Below, one piece after another: positions 19,916 through 29,663 of a stretch of DNA of 64,000 bases. Both the position numbers and the translations under genes were made by a program. Origin of the DNA: Nitrososphaerota archaeon (lineage in GTDB: Archaea > Thermoproteota > Nitrososphaeria > Nitrososphaerales > JACQRY01); contig JACPCU010000010.1 in the NCBI GenBank assembly GCA_016184315.1, positions 10,035 to 74,034 of the forward strand, read 5' to 3'. Under the pieces are notes generated by a model that searched no databases, was not told the DNA's origin, and worked only from the letters and a program-made list of their open reading frames with translations. Within the stretch, counting starts at the first letter, position 1, and each line of letters starts with the position of its first letter.

Positions 19916-21397
19916 GTGAAACTCAGGCGAAACGCCTACAGACGGCGTCGAGGCGAATATATAGTGAAAGTGTCGCCGAACACAGAAAGACTACCCGTCA
20001 CACCATTCCTCATACTGGCGTTTCTGTTGATGTCAGCACTAGCAGCAGTGCCCAACGTGCTGGCACAAGCCGCGCCCACACTAACTGTCGAAAAGCCGTT
20101 TGTTAATCTGGGCATGGAGACATCAATAATCGTCAAGGCACCCGCAGCAGGAACATACACCGTAGTTATCACCAAGCCCGATGGCAAGACCCAAGTCCAA
20201 GCAGACTACAGCTTTGCTCAAGCAGGAGAGGCAAAGCAGATTTATGGAAATGCAACGCTTGGCTTCAAGAGCATAATCGACAAGACAGGGACATACAAAG
20301 TCTCCTTACAGAGCCAAAGTAAACAGGTCGCAGAAACAACCCTCTTCGCAACGGACAAGCTAGATCTCGATGTCACAGTGGCTAATGCTGGAACAACCGA
20401 TAACGTCTGCTACCTATCAAACCAGTTCACTAGGGGCACAAGTATAATCCCGCGTATCTACATAAGATACGCATCGACAGGTGAATACGTCACAGCCAAG
20501 AACGCACCCAACACGGTAGCAACCTTCAACATGCCCAACGGTACCAAGATGGTTGCCCGTTTCGCAGCATATCTACCGCCTGAAGGAGCTTGGAGAAACT
20601 GCTTCAGGCCCAACTGGAACGACTACGCAGGTGTGTGGAACATAGTTGCAGAGGCACAAGACGGAAAGGGCAACTACGGCAAATACGAAAGCTACCCTCA
20701 GATAAAATCAGGAGCAAACGTACTGAGATTCGGATTCGAAGTAATACCTGCTCCGCTGACAGTCACCCCTCAGATCATTGATGCAGCCACAGGGAAGCCT
20801 GCTACAACAGCTCTCAAAAGCGGGCAGAACCTACGGATCGAAGCCAAAGTAACATACGATCATCCCCTTGGGCCACTAGGCAGAGAGACTGCTGTCGGAT
20901 ACATAGGACTACTCAATGCTTCACGAGGAGGAGTTGTCATTGCCAAGCTGGGATGGGGCTTCTATAACCAAACCAGCAAGAGCTTCGGAGGATCCAACCA
21001 AGCAAAGAATCCTGGTGGACTAATAGCCAATGTCCCGTTGTCTTACGACCAGGCATCAGGACGGTGGACAGGCACATACGCAGCAACAGGCTCAGAACCA
21101 AAAGGTGACTACCTGTTGATCGTAGACTCCAGAGACAGCGCGAGTCCGCCAAACACAGGAATAGGCACGGCAAAGCTAGCACCACCTGTTGAAACCGTGG
21201 AGAAAGTTGTAGAGAAGACCACTACAACAACGGTCGAGAAGACTGCTACAGCAACGGTGGAGAAACCAGTGGATAGGTTCGTAGAAAAACCCGTACAGAT
21301 CACCAGTGAAATCATACCTCTATGGGCATATGGCGTGATGGGAGCATTACTCGTAGTAGGGGTCGTCGTAGGCAGAGTTGTTTGGAGGAAGAAGTAA
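19916..21397 (+). CDS. Secreted, C-terminally anchored beta-rich protein (family A, paralog of 23188-24156)
   Basis: Signal peptide; C..SNQFTRG..I.PRI.I.YASTG; Thr/VEK-rich linker; TM plus RKK tail; true start probably downstream of the listed GTG. Confidence 0.75.
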   Translation: MKLRRNAYRRRRGEYIVKVSPNTERLPVTPFLILAFLLMSALAAVPNVLAQAAPTLTVEKPFVNLGMETSIIVKAPAAGTYTVVITKPDGKTQVQADYSFAQAGEAKQIYGNATLGFKSIIDKTGTYKVSLQSQSKQVAETTLFATDKLDLDVTVANAGTTDNVCYLSNQFTRGTSIIPRIYIRYASTGEYVTAKNAPNTVATFNMPNGTKMVARFAAYLPPEGAWRNCFRPNWNDYAGVWNIVAEAQDGKGNYGKYESYPQIKSGANVLRFGFEVIPAPLTVTPQIIDAATGKPATTALKSGQNLRIEAKVTYDHPLGPLGRETAVGYIGLLNASRGGVVIAKLGWGFYNQTSKSFGGSNQAKNPGGLIANVPLSYDQASGRWTGTYAATGSEPKGDYLLIVDSRDSASPPNTGIGTAKLAPPVETVEKVVEKTTTTTVEKTATATVEKPVDRFVEKPVQITSEIIPLWAYGVMGALLVVGVVVGRVVWRKK

Positions 21398-23201
21398 GAT
21401 GATGACCCCCACTATTTTTTCTCGCAGTAGGGCTCTAGAACAGGGCAAAATAGTCGCACTCAGCGTTCTGTCAGTGATTCTCCTAGCTTACGCAACTCTG
21501 GGACAAGCTTATGGAGCTAGCACCAGTGAGCCAGCTCAGACCATATCTCTGACTCCTAATGAAGGCATCCCCGGCACAGACCTAACCGTCGCCGGCAAAG
21601 GCTTCAAGCCGCTGTCAAACATTGAACTTGTTTGGACGGGTGTAAAAGGAGAATTCAAGGTAAAAGAGGAAAAATTCCAGGGAAGGGTCTTTACTCCTGA
21701 CAACCAAGTACTCAAATCCGTCACTGCAGACAATTCAGGAGTATTCACCGCAAACATTCAGGCTCCCCGTGATCACGGCGGTCTTCACAATGTAGAAGCC
21801 AAAGTAGTGGGAGAAAACATCAAAGCCGTTGGAAGCTTCAAAATACTACCAACCTTTGAGATCACACCTCTAAAGGGCAAGTCGAATACAAAGATCACCA
21901 TAACCGGACACGGCTTACCCAACGGGGAATTCACCAGCACTTGGACCGTCCTCTACGATAATGTGCTGGTAGGATACGGAACCGGAATAACCACGAAGGG
22001 CGATGTCATAATGGAGATATGGGGTTCAGGTGAACCCGGCGTTCACCGCATCGAAATCATACAGGGATTCACAGGAACTCCCTACCTCAATCCTCAACAG
22101 TCAAGGAACCAAAACCCCATCTTCCGATTCGACTTCACAGTCGAAGGAGACGGAGTACCAGACATACTCAAGAACCCCGCATCATATGCAGTCACCGGCA
22201 TCGCGTTAGCCTCAGTAGCAGCAGTAGTGCAAGTGTCGTCTAACGGAAAGCAAGAGAAGATCAAACGAGGTCGCATACTCAAGGCCAGCACAGCAATAGC
22301 AATCATACTCTCATTACTCGGAGCTGCATTCACACTGCTCCCAATCTCAGCCGAAGCCCAAGACAAAGACATACAGATTCCACAAGTAACTCTACCAACA
22401 TCAAAAGGCGTCTCAGCAGTCCCTCAGCCCTCAAGCTCCAAAACAGGACCCATACTATCCGTCACACCAGAAAAAGGCGTAGTAGGTTCAGTAGCTGAAA
22501 TCACCGGAAAAGGCTTCCAGCCTAACACAAAGGTGGACTTACTCTGGTTCAGAATGGTCGGTGACAGAACCGTCACAAGAGGATGGTCAGAGAAGAGTAT
22601 ACCAGTAGGCTCAGTCGTCACCACGCCTGAAGGCACCCTTACATCAAGCTTCACAATACCATATGATCTAGGAGGTCCCCCACACCGAGTATCAGCAGTC
22701 ACGGGCAAGCAGACCCTCGCCAACGCAACATACACCATCGAAAGGAACGCCGTCATGACACCCACAAGAGGTCCACCTGGCACCTTAGTGAAACTTGAGA
22801 TCACAGGAATAGGCTGGACTGAATACGACAACATAGTCACCTTGAACTATGACAACGCTCACCTAGGCTATGCATGTGGCTTCCAAAGTCAAGGCAACGT
22901 AACCATATACTTCAGGGCAACCGGGAACCCCGGAACACACAAAGTTGACCTCTACCCTGCCATCTACGATGGTCCATACGGAGGAATCGCAGCACCTTAC
23001 CGACTGACACTCCTGAGCATCAATGACCATCCGACACCGTTCCCAGTGCTCCACTTCGAGTTCACAGTAACCGAGGGAAAAGACAACCTCGCCTACAACC
23101 CTAGCCTCTACAGTCTCCTAGGTTTCTCGACTTCAGTACTCGCCGTGGGAATGACGCTGGTAGGAAATGGAAAAACAGTGAGGAGGCATGCGCCAGACTG
23201 A
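21378..23201 (+). CDS. Surface protein with tandem IPT/TIG-like modules (family B)
   Basis: Repeated P..G..G..(I/L)T..G.GF units; P.D.GG.H and GYACGF.S.GNVT; internal TM pair. Confidence 0.75.
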   Translation: MFGGRSKMMTPTIFSRSRALEQGKIVALSVLSVILLAYATLGQAYGASTSEPAQTISLTPNEGIPGTDLTVAGKGFKPLSNIELVWTGVKGEFKVKEEKFQGRVFTPDNQVLKSVTADNSGVFTANIQAPRDHGGLHNVEAKVVGENIKAVGSFKILPTFEITPLKGKSNTKITITGHGLPNGEFTSTWTVLYDNVLVGYGTGITTKGDVIMEIWGSGEPGVHRIEIIQGFTGTPYLNPQQSRNQNPIFRFDFTVEGDGVPDILKNPASYAVTGIALASVAAVVQVSSNGKQEKIKRGRILKASTAIAIILSLLGAAFTLLPISAEAQDKDIQIPQVTLPTSKGVSAVPQPSSSKTGPILSVTPEKGVVGSVAEITGKGFQPNTKVDLLWFRMVGDRTVTRGWSEKSIPVGSVVTTPEGTLTSSFTIPYDLGGPPHRVSAVTGKQTLANATYTIERNAVMTPTRGPPGTLVKLEITGIGWTEYDNIVTLNYDNAHLGYACGFQSQGNVTIYFRATGNPGTHKVDLYPAIYDGPYGGIAAPYRLTLLSINDHPTPFPVLHFEFTVTEGKDNLAYNPSLYSLLGFSTSVLAVGMTLVGNGKTVRRHAPD

Positions 23202-24156
23202 CCTAGCGGTCCTCCTCGCATTATTTATCATCATGGCAACAGCCACATTTGAAAGGACGGCTGACGCTGTCGAGCAGCAAACAGGGAAAAGCTCCAGTGA
23301 CGAGCTTGTAATTTCTGTTGATGCTGCAAGCTACATAGGAAGATGCATCCGCACCACAGAGTTCTCCAGAGGAGACACTATTGTCTTCAGGATCAACATC
23401 ACTTACGCGTCTACAAATGCCAGAATGGAAGAGGGGCGGGTGAACATCCACCTCTCCAACGGGGAAACATTACAAGCTTCCTTCGTACAGAAAGGCTGGA
23501 TTACCAATCACCCACTCTGGAAGTATTGCTATAATATCTCATGGGACGCAACTGGCGGAGTACTCAGATACTATGTTACCGCGCAGGATAACAAAGGGAA
23601 CTTCGCAGTCTGGAAGCCTTCCTCTGTAGATCAATCCGAACTCGGAATAAGGCCGGTGAAACTGCTTGTTCAAGCGTCTCTGAGTGATTATGCGACGGGA
23701 AACCCCATAACAAGCTCGGCGCAAACCGGGCAAGGCATAGCGATCAGAGCGAGAGCCCAATACCCAGACATAAACGACTTGAACGGAACAAAAACTCTTC
23801 CAAGCATTCTAACCAGCAGAGAAGGTGGAGCAGTCACCGCATCTCTGTATCCATCGTCCGATGCTTCAAAGCCTAGTCTATCACCCGTGACCACCGCGAA
23901 GCTTGACTATTCACCAGATGAAGGAGACTGGAGAGGCACCCTTAACCTCCCTGACAAGATGCAATCCGGCAACTACACCATCTCTATTGAAGCCTCAGAT
24001 GGAGCAGGCTCTCCTAACAAAGGTCTTATCGCCATAAAAGACATCAGGATAGATTCTGCACCTAACGGTCCCATCATAGGCCTTGAGGGTGTCTATCTTG
24101 CCGTCTTGGGACTCATCGTCGCCGGAGCGGTTATCAAGGTTGGTGGAAAGAAATGA
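23188..24156 (+). CDS. Secreted, C-terminally anchored protein (family A)
   Basis: RCIRTTEFSRGDTIVFRINITYAST...AQDNKGN aligns with 19916-21397; C-terminal TM plus GKK. Confidence 0.75.
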   Translation: MRQTDLAVLLALFIIMATATFERTADAVEQQTGKSSSDELVISVDAASYIGRCIRTTEFSRGDTIVFRINITYASTNARMEEGRVNIHLSNGETLQASFVQKGWITNHPLWKYCYNISWDATGGVLRYYVTAQDNKGNFAVWKPSSVDQSELGIRPVKLLVQASLSDYATGNPITSSAQTGQGIAIRARAQYPDINDLNGTKTLPSILTSREGGAVTASLYPSSDASKPSLSPVTTAKLDYSPDEGDWRGTLNLPDKMQSGNYTISIEASDGAGSPNKGLIAIKDIRIDSAPNGPIIGLEGVYLAVLGLIVAGAVIKVGGKK

Positions 24157-26021
24157 GAGTGAATCCATCATTTGCCGCTACATTAGCTCTCCTTTTGGCA
24201 CTAATCTACGTAGGGTCAGTAATCCCAGCTGACGCCCAAACCAGTTCTCAGATTCTCACCTCTCCAGATTCAGGTCCCGTGGGAACCCCGATAACGATGA
24301 CTGGTCAAGGTTTCCCCCCATCTACGACCCTCAACATTTACTGGGAGACATTAAAGGGAGAATGGGTATTACCACGTCCCCAAGCAGAGTCGGATCCATC
24401 GATAGGACACGAACATGAACAGGATATGTTCCCCGGTGAAGCCCTTATCTTCCACGGCCACGACTTTCTCGGTTCCTCCTTTACCCTGCACAGATACGTA
24501 ATCGCATCCATCAAATCCGATGCTTCAGGCTCGTTCAGTTTCAGTTTGAAGGCACCCTACGATTTCGGTGGACGCCACTGGATGATCGTGACAGACAAAG
24601 ATAACAGTGCCGAACTCTCAAAAGCAGTCTTCACGATTCTCCCATCCTTCAGCGTTTCCCCGAACGAGGGTTCTCCCGGCACGGCGATAACCATACGGGC
24701 CTCAGGTTTGGGTTACGGCATTTACTCCACCAACTACCATGTGTTATGGGACAACAAGTATGTAGGATATGCTAGCGCAGTTACCACCCAAGGCAACGCT
24801 ACCTTCACGATCTACGCAGCTGGCGACTTGGGAAAACACTTCATCGATATCTACGAGGGCTACCCAGGTCCAGCATACCTTAACATCCAAGAGGCACCAC
24901 AGAACCCACTGTATTATAACCCACCCTACATCCCGTTCCACACAGAGTTTACGATAACACCATCAAGAAACGTAGAAGGCAACAAGACTGCTGAGACGCT
25001 TTCTCTCGTTTCGCTGGGGACTCTTATGGCCGGGCTACTGATAGCACCATTAGCACAGAGACGACACGGTCAGACCTCTAGGAGATCGATAATACCCACA
25101 ATAATCATCATAACCGCATTGATACTGGCTGGAACCACGCTCTCAGCCATGAATACCATATCAGTATCAGCCCAACCTCAACCCAAGTCCTCTGAACTCC
25201 GACCCCAATTCAACCTTTCCGCACAAGTAACATCAAACAGTTCAGTGACTGGTGGCTCCGCCATCCTGTCAGTGAACCCCGTAGTCGCAACCGTAGGAAG
25301 CAGCATTACAATCACAGGTTCAGGGCTCCCATCGGCAGCGAACATGGATTTACTCTGGTCGACCAAGAAGGGCAGCTATCTGAGAGGCTGGGATGACGTA
25401 GTCTTACCACTAGGATCAGTGACGACCGATTCCAACGGTAAATTCTCCTTCAACATGAAGGTTCCGCACGACTTGGAAGGAATGCATGAGATTAGCGTCA
25501 AATCAAAAGACGTCGGATCGAATGTTAAGAACACAGGCATCTACATTACAAGGAGTGCAACGATCAGCCCCAACAAAGGGCCATCAGGAACAAATATTGA
25601 AGTAAAGATGACGGGTGTAGGATGGACATTCGTTACTAACATAGTCACTGTCCTATATGACAACACGTTTGTAGGCTATGCATGCGGATTCAACAGTCTC
25701 GGCAACGTAACCCTATCGATTAAGGCTGTTGGGAAACCCGGTATACACACCATAGACATTTACCCGTCGATATACGATGGACCACCTCAAGGCAAGGCCA
25801 ACAGCATTTACAGGTATCCTCTTCTCACGCCTCAAGACCATCCTGTTCGTAGCCCCGCGTTTCACTTCGAGTTTATCATAACCGAATCGGATCAACAATC
25901 TGGGGACAACACCGTACTCACCCCGCAGAGCCTAAGCATAGGCATCATAGCCGTCGGTGTAGTCTCACTGATCATGCATAACAGATCTACTCTGCAAACT
26001 AGCCAAAGGAGGTCTATATGA
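24153..26021 (+). CDS. Surface protein with tandem IPT/TIG-like modules (family B), His-rich insert
   Basis: Collinear paralog of 21378-23201 (GYACGFNSLGNVT, HTIDIYPSIYDGP, DHP..FHFEF). Confidence 0.75.
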   Translation: MRVNPSFAATLALLLALIYVGSVIPADAQTSSQILTSPDSGPVGTPITMTGQGFPPSTTLNIYWETLKGEWVLPRPQAESDPSIGHEHEQDMFPGEALIFHGHDFLGSSFTLHRYVIASIKSDASGSFSFSLKAPYDFGGRHWMIVTDKDNSAELSKAVFTILPSFSVSPNEGSPGTAITIRASGLGYGIYSTNYHVLWDNKYVGYASAVTTQGNATFTIYAAGDLGKHFIDIYEGYPGPAYLNIQEAPQNPLYYNPPYIPFHTEFTITPSRNVEGNKTAETLSLVSLGTLMAGLLIAPLAQRRHGQTSRRSIIPTIIIITALILAGTTLSAMNTISVSAQPQPKSSELRPQFNLSAQVTSNSSVTGGSAILSVNPVVATVGSSITITGSGLPSAANMDLLWSTKKGSYLRGWDDVVLPLGSVTTDSNGKFSFNMKVPHDLEGMHEISVKSKDVGSNVKNTGIYITRSATISPNKGPSGTNIEVKMTGVGWTFVTNIVTVLYDNTFVGYACGFNSLGNVTLSIKAVGKPGIHTIDIYPSIYDGPPQGKANSIYRYPLLTPQDHPVRSPAFHFEFIITESDQQSGDNTVLTPQSLSIGIIAVGVVSLIMHNRSTLQTSQRRSI

Positions 26022-26596
26022 CTGGTGTAATATCGCAGCGAAGAAGGTTCATCTACCTTGTTTTCCTCATAGCTTTAAGCACAGGTCTCTTCGCGTCCAA
26101 CTCCCAATTCTTCCTCAGATCCAGCTTCAACCCCATTCTAGCAGTGAATTGGATACCGTTTGGCGCGGCTACAGAGGAAAAGATCCGTGCCCCTAACTTC
26201 TGCCTCACCGACATAGAAGGATCCCAATTCTGTTTGGAGGAATTCAGGGGAAGGGTGGTCTTGATCGACTTGATGGCCACATGGTGTATAGCGTGCGAGG
26301 ATCAAGCGTTGCAGCTGAAGGATGTGTATGAGAAGTATAGTAGCAAAGGAGTGGTGTTCATATCGGTTAGTGTTGACGTAGGCGAATATCCTAGAGATGT
26401 AAAAGGATTCAGAGACTATATAGGCGCAGAATGGAGGTTCGCCATAGATACTCTTACAACCAGAGTCGGCCTCAAATATGAATCAAAATATCTGCCGACG
26501 TTATACTTGGTCGACAAGAACGGCTTCATAGTTTGGAGTGAAAAGGGGGTTACAGATGCAGCCACATTGAGCAAACTCCTCGACAAATATGTGTGA
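26018..26596 (+). CDS. TlpA/ResA-type membrane-anchored thioredoxin
   Basis: APNF.L.D..G, ATWCIAC, PTLYLVDKNG. Confidence 0.9.
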   Translation: MTGVISQRRRFIYLVFLIALSTGLFASNSQFFLRSSFNPILAVNWIPFGAATEEKIRAPNFCLTDIEGSQFCLEEFRGRVVLIDLMATWCIACEDQALQLKDVYEKYSSKGVVFISVSVDVGEYPRDVKGFRDYIGAEWRFAIDTLTTRVGLKYESKYLPTLYLVDKNGFIVWSEKGVTDAATLSKLLDKYV

Positions 26597-26602
26597 AGAA
26601 CC

Positions 26603-27286
26603 TTGGATCCCACACTCGCTTACCTAGCACTTGGCGCCGGAGTACTTTCAATGCTTTCTCCCTGCAACATAGCCATGATTCCATCCTACATCTCAGCTGG
26701 TGTAGTGTCAAGTGAAAAGCATGGAGAAACATCTAGCCGCAGAACTGCTGTAACAAGTCTTGTTGATAGTGGAGCTGCTACGCTCGGTCTCATGTCAATA
26801 ATTGCTCCTCTTGGGCTGGTATTAGCTCTATCCTTTAGAGCAATCATTAATCTCCTTCCAATAACTTCTATCGCCATCAGTTTGGGGCTTCTATTTATGG
26901 GCGGTCTGATGATTCTCGATATACCCAATCCTTTGATGAGGACTTTACCCTTGAGGTTGCCACACGGTGGAGGACCGTTGCAATTCTATCTCCTAGGAGC
27001 TGCACTTGGAACGCTTTCGCTGAGCTGCACGCTGCCCGTTTTCCTCATGGTCATGAGTTATGCAGCTGTAGTGGGCAGCTTGGGTGAAGCAGCGTTTGCA
27101 TTAGCTATGTATGCTGTCGGGATTGCTCTGGTGCTTATCATATTATCAGTGGCAGCTAACAGCTCAAGATCATTCACAGTAGGGATTCGCAGGAATCTTG
27201 CTCCCTATCTCAATATTTTGGCTGGCAGCCTAGTCACCATAATCGCGATATACATGCTGATGTACCAGCTTTATCATCTGGTCTGA
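26603..27286 (+). CDS. ccdA: CcdA/DsbD-beta-type disulfide interchange membrane protein
   Basis: GVLSMLSPC..AMIPSY and LSCTLP; six TM helices. Confidence 0.85.
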   Translation: MDPTLAYLALGAGVLSMLSPCNIAMIPSYISAGVVSSEKHGETSSRRTAVTSLVDSGAATLGLMSIIAPLGLVLALSFRAIINLLPITSIAISLGLLFMGGLMILDIPNPLMRTLPLRLPHGGGPLQFYLLGAALGTLSLSCTLPVFLMVMSYAAVVGSLGEAAFALAMYAVGIALVLIILSVAANSSRSFTVGIRRNLAPYLNILAGSLVTIIAIYMLMYQLYHLV

Positions 27287-27290
27287 GAAG

Positions 27291-27995
27291 CTACTTCACG
27301 CTATCTTTCCGTGGCCAGTTTACGTGAAACTTGCACACAGGGTCTCCGTGGGCTCTACACTTGAGTCGGACAGTCTTCATCCCGCCGAGCTTCTTGTCCA
27401 GACCTTCGTGAACCGCTTCATCTAGGACATCGCACATCAACGTCGGGTACTTGACTGAAAGCTCTTCGAAGGGGCAGTTCTTTTGCTGGTAAATGACTCT
27501 GTCTTCTTCTACTTTGATAACTTTGGGATATGTCTGCATATCCACAAGAAGACCCTTTATGACAACATCGGCATAGTTCCTTGGAGCCCACTCAGTGAAA
27601 CTAGTCTTGGAGCGCAAGCTATGGCCAATATCTTCGACTATACGAATTCCCATGTCGCGGAGCACTGTTTTGGCAGCATCATCCCCCAGAGATACCGTCA
27701 GATAGTTGATCAATGCGTCACACAAGAACAAGTAGTTCCGCGGTGGAACTTCAATGGATTTGTGAGTGCTGGCTAGGCCGTAAAGAGTTGTTTCCTTGCC
27801 ATTTGGAAGTGTTTTTTCTTTTGCGACTAATATGCCTGACTCGATGAGTTTCCTGAGGTGGAGCTTGACAAGAGCAGGGGGAAAACCGACATGGCTAATG
27901 ATTTCTTTCTCTTCCAGCTCTTTACGCATAAGGATTTCCAGAATCTTCCAACTGATCTCAGATGACAGCGCCTTAGCCATCGCTACCTTGGACAA
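27291..27995 (-). CDS. ArsR-type HTH regulator with V4R-like domain
   Basis: Paralog of 15532-16290 (AKALSS..SW.IL, PPRNY, NCPF, C..HGDP.C). Confidence 0.8.
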   Translation of the reverse strand: MSKVAMAKALSSEISWKILEILMRKELEEKEIISHVGFPPALVKLHLRKLIESGILVAKEKTLPNGKETTLYGLASTHKSIEVPPRNYLFLCDALINYLTVSLGDDAAKTVLRDMGIRIVEDIGHSLRSKTSFTEWAPRNYADVVIKGLLVDMQTYPKVIKVEEDRVIYQQKNCPFEELSVKYPTLMCDVLDEAVHEGLDKKLGGMKTVRLKCRAHGDPVCKFHVNWPRKDSVK

Positions 27996-28151
27996 TAGAC
28001 TCCGTTTTCCTAGGACTGATACGTATTAATAAGTCGACTAGCGGCTTGTCATCATCTGTCAAGGGCAAGATCATTTACCCTCCTGTCAGTCTTGCCGCCC
28101 TGCTCGGACTATGGAGTTCCTATTCTCTGCGTCTCACTGTCTTCTATGTCT

Positions 28152-28433
28152 CTAACCAGTCTTGTGAATAGAGTACAGAAGGATGACTAGACCCATTGCG
28201 GTAATAGTGGATCTGAATGCATGTGCACCTTCTAACGACAGTCCACCTGCCTCAAAAAGTATGCCTTCAAGTAATGAGGCTCCGCCGAGCATTCCGAATC
28301 CTAGGGCGCCTGACAGCAATGCCCTACTTTTGCTCTTTTTGTATCCGCCGTAGGCTAGCGCCACTAGGACGGATGAAACGACTAGGGAGAGTACTTCGAC
28401 AAACCTGATGTACCAAATGATCTCTAACGCCAT
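28152..28433 (-). CDS. Small 3-TM membrane protein typically paired with archaeal wHTH regulators
   Basis: LAY.GY.K.....L...GF...G..ILYSI pattern; start overlaps the wHTH pseudogene stop (TAATG). Confidence 0.7.
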   Translation of the reverse strand: MALEIIWYIRFVEVLSLVVSSVLVALAYGGYKKSKSRALLSGALGFGMLGGASLLEGILFEAGGLSLEGAHAFRSTITAMGLVILLYSIHKTG

Positions 28434-28707
28434 TATCGCCGCCCGCCCATGTAGCTCCAGAACCTCATGAATCTCCCAAGAATTCCTTCGTTGGGTAACA
28501 AATCGACTTCAAACACATTGCCCTCATATTTTATCATGACGGTCTTAACCATACTCCTGTACAACATGAACTTTCCCCCACACCCTCTATCAAAGCTGAA
28601 GTCTCACCTACTACAAGTCCAAGCCCGTCCAACTCCTCTATGAGCCGGTAGGCGGTTCTCAAGGGTATTCCTAGCTCTTCGGAAATGTCAGCGACGGAGT
28701 TGGCTAC
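28433..28707 (-). pseudogene. 5'-truncated, frameshifted copy of the wHTH regulator at 16308-16667
   Basis: SVADISEELGIPLRTAYRLIEELDGLGLV, then a frameshift at ~28580, then GKFMLYRSMVK..YEG..EVDLLPNEGILGRFMRFWSYMG. Confidence 0.85.
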
Positions 28708-28777
28708 GGACTTCTGGCCGGAGCAGTTATCATTACAATAGGTCTAATCATAAAGAAGACTCTGCTCTATCGATGAG

Positions 28778-29188
28778 CTAACCGTAGATTAGACCGTAGA
28801 AAAGCTCGTACGCCGCCTTGAGCTCTTTTTCGATATATAGTCGGACCTTCTCCGATTCGAATATGGCTTTGTTTTCAGGATAGTATTCACCCATCTTTTT
28901 AATGACTCTGTCTGGATTGCCCAGATAGTGCTGTATGAGAGACCAATGTTTTCTCACAAGTATTTTGAAGACAGGTCTAATCAAAGGGTGCTCGAAGTAG
29001 AGTTTGCGCGTCGTATCCGGGATAAGGCGGACGTCTTTCGTAACCCAGTATTCAAGGACTTCAGGCGTGGCTGATCTGAAGGATCTTTCTACAAAGTCTT
29101 CAACAGCTCTGCTCGAGTTCAGCATAGTTTTCAGGAAGACGAGGATCTTTGTTGTCGATTCGCTGCTTATTGTATACTGAGGCTCCAT
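28778..29188 (-). CDS. Hypothetical protein
   Basis: 136-aa ORF co-oriented with the DUF411 gene. Confidence 0.6.
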   Translation of the reverse strand: MEPQYTISSESTTKILVFLKTMLNSSRAVEDFVERSFRSATPEVLEYWVTKDVRLIPDTTRKLYFEHPLIRPVFKILVRKHWSLIQHYLGNPDRVIKKMGEYYPENKAIFESEKVRLYIEKELKAAYELFYGLIYG

Positions 29189-29204
29189 AGATTACCATGT
29201 TTCC

Positions 29205-29663
29205 TCAGACGGCCGTGAATAGTGTTGATCTACCTTCTCTTAACATGTAGATCTTGAAGGGCTCGACTTTGACGCCGGGCATTCCGGGTGCGCCGGGAGG
29301 CATGTGGGGAAGTGTGATTCCGTCGATGCTGGGCTTCTCGGCTAAGAGTTTCTTTATGGCTTCGACTGGGACATGTCCTTCAACAAAGTAGTTTCCTATG
29401 GTTGAAGTGTGGCAGCTTTGAGATGACTGCGGGATTCGGTAGCTCTCTTTTATGGGCTGTAGGTCTTGGACGATTACGACTTTGACTTTGAATCCTTGTT
29501 GCTCCAAGTAACGGGCGTATGATGAGCAGCAGTCGCAGGTCGGTTCTTTGATCAAAGTTATGTCTAGGTCAGTCTTCGGAGCAGCTGATCCAGCTGTCAG
29601 TGCGAGGACCGTTATTAGCAGGGAAACGAAACCTAATCCTATGACAATGTTCTTCTGTTTCAA
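29205..29663 (-). CDS. DUF411/CopG-like metal-binding protein
   Basis: PTCDCC, SCHT, Y.VEGHVP and P.MP.GAPGM; signal peptide. Confidence 0.9.
   Translation of the reverse strand: MKQKNIVIGLGFVSLLITVLALTAGSAAPKTDLDITLIKEPTCDCCSSYARYLEQQGFKVKVVIVQDLQPIKESYRIPQSSQSCHTSTIGNYFVEGHVPVEAIKKLLAEKPSIDGITLPHMPPGAPGMPGVKVEPFKIYMLREGRSTLFTAV

Noticed and set aside
21190-21300. Repetitive VEK/T-rich coding stretch
   Set aside because: Ordinary linker preceding an archaeal C-terminal membrane anchor.
26018-27286. TlpA/CcdA as evidence of cytochrome c maturation
   Set aside because: No heme lyase gene or CxxCH protein was seen in the window; more likely general thiol reduction or Cu-site assembly.
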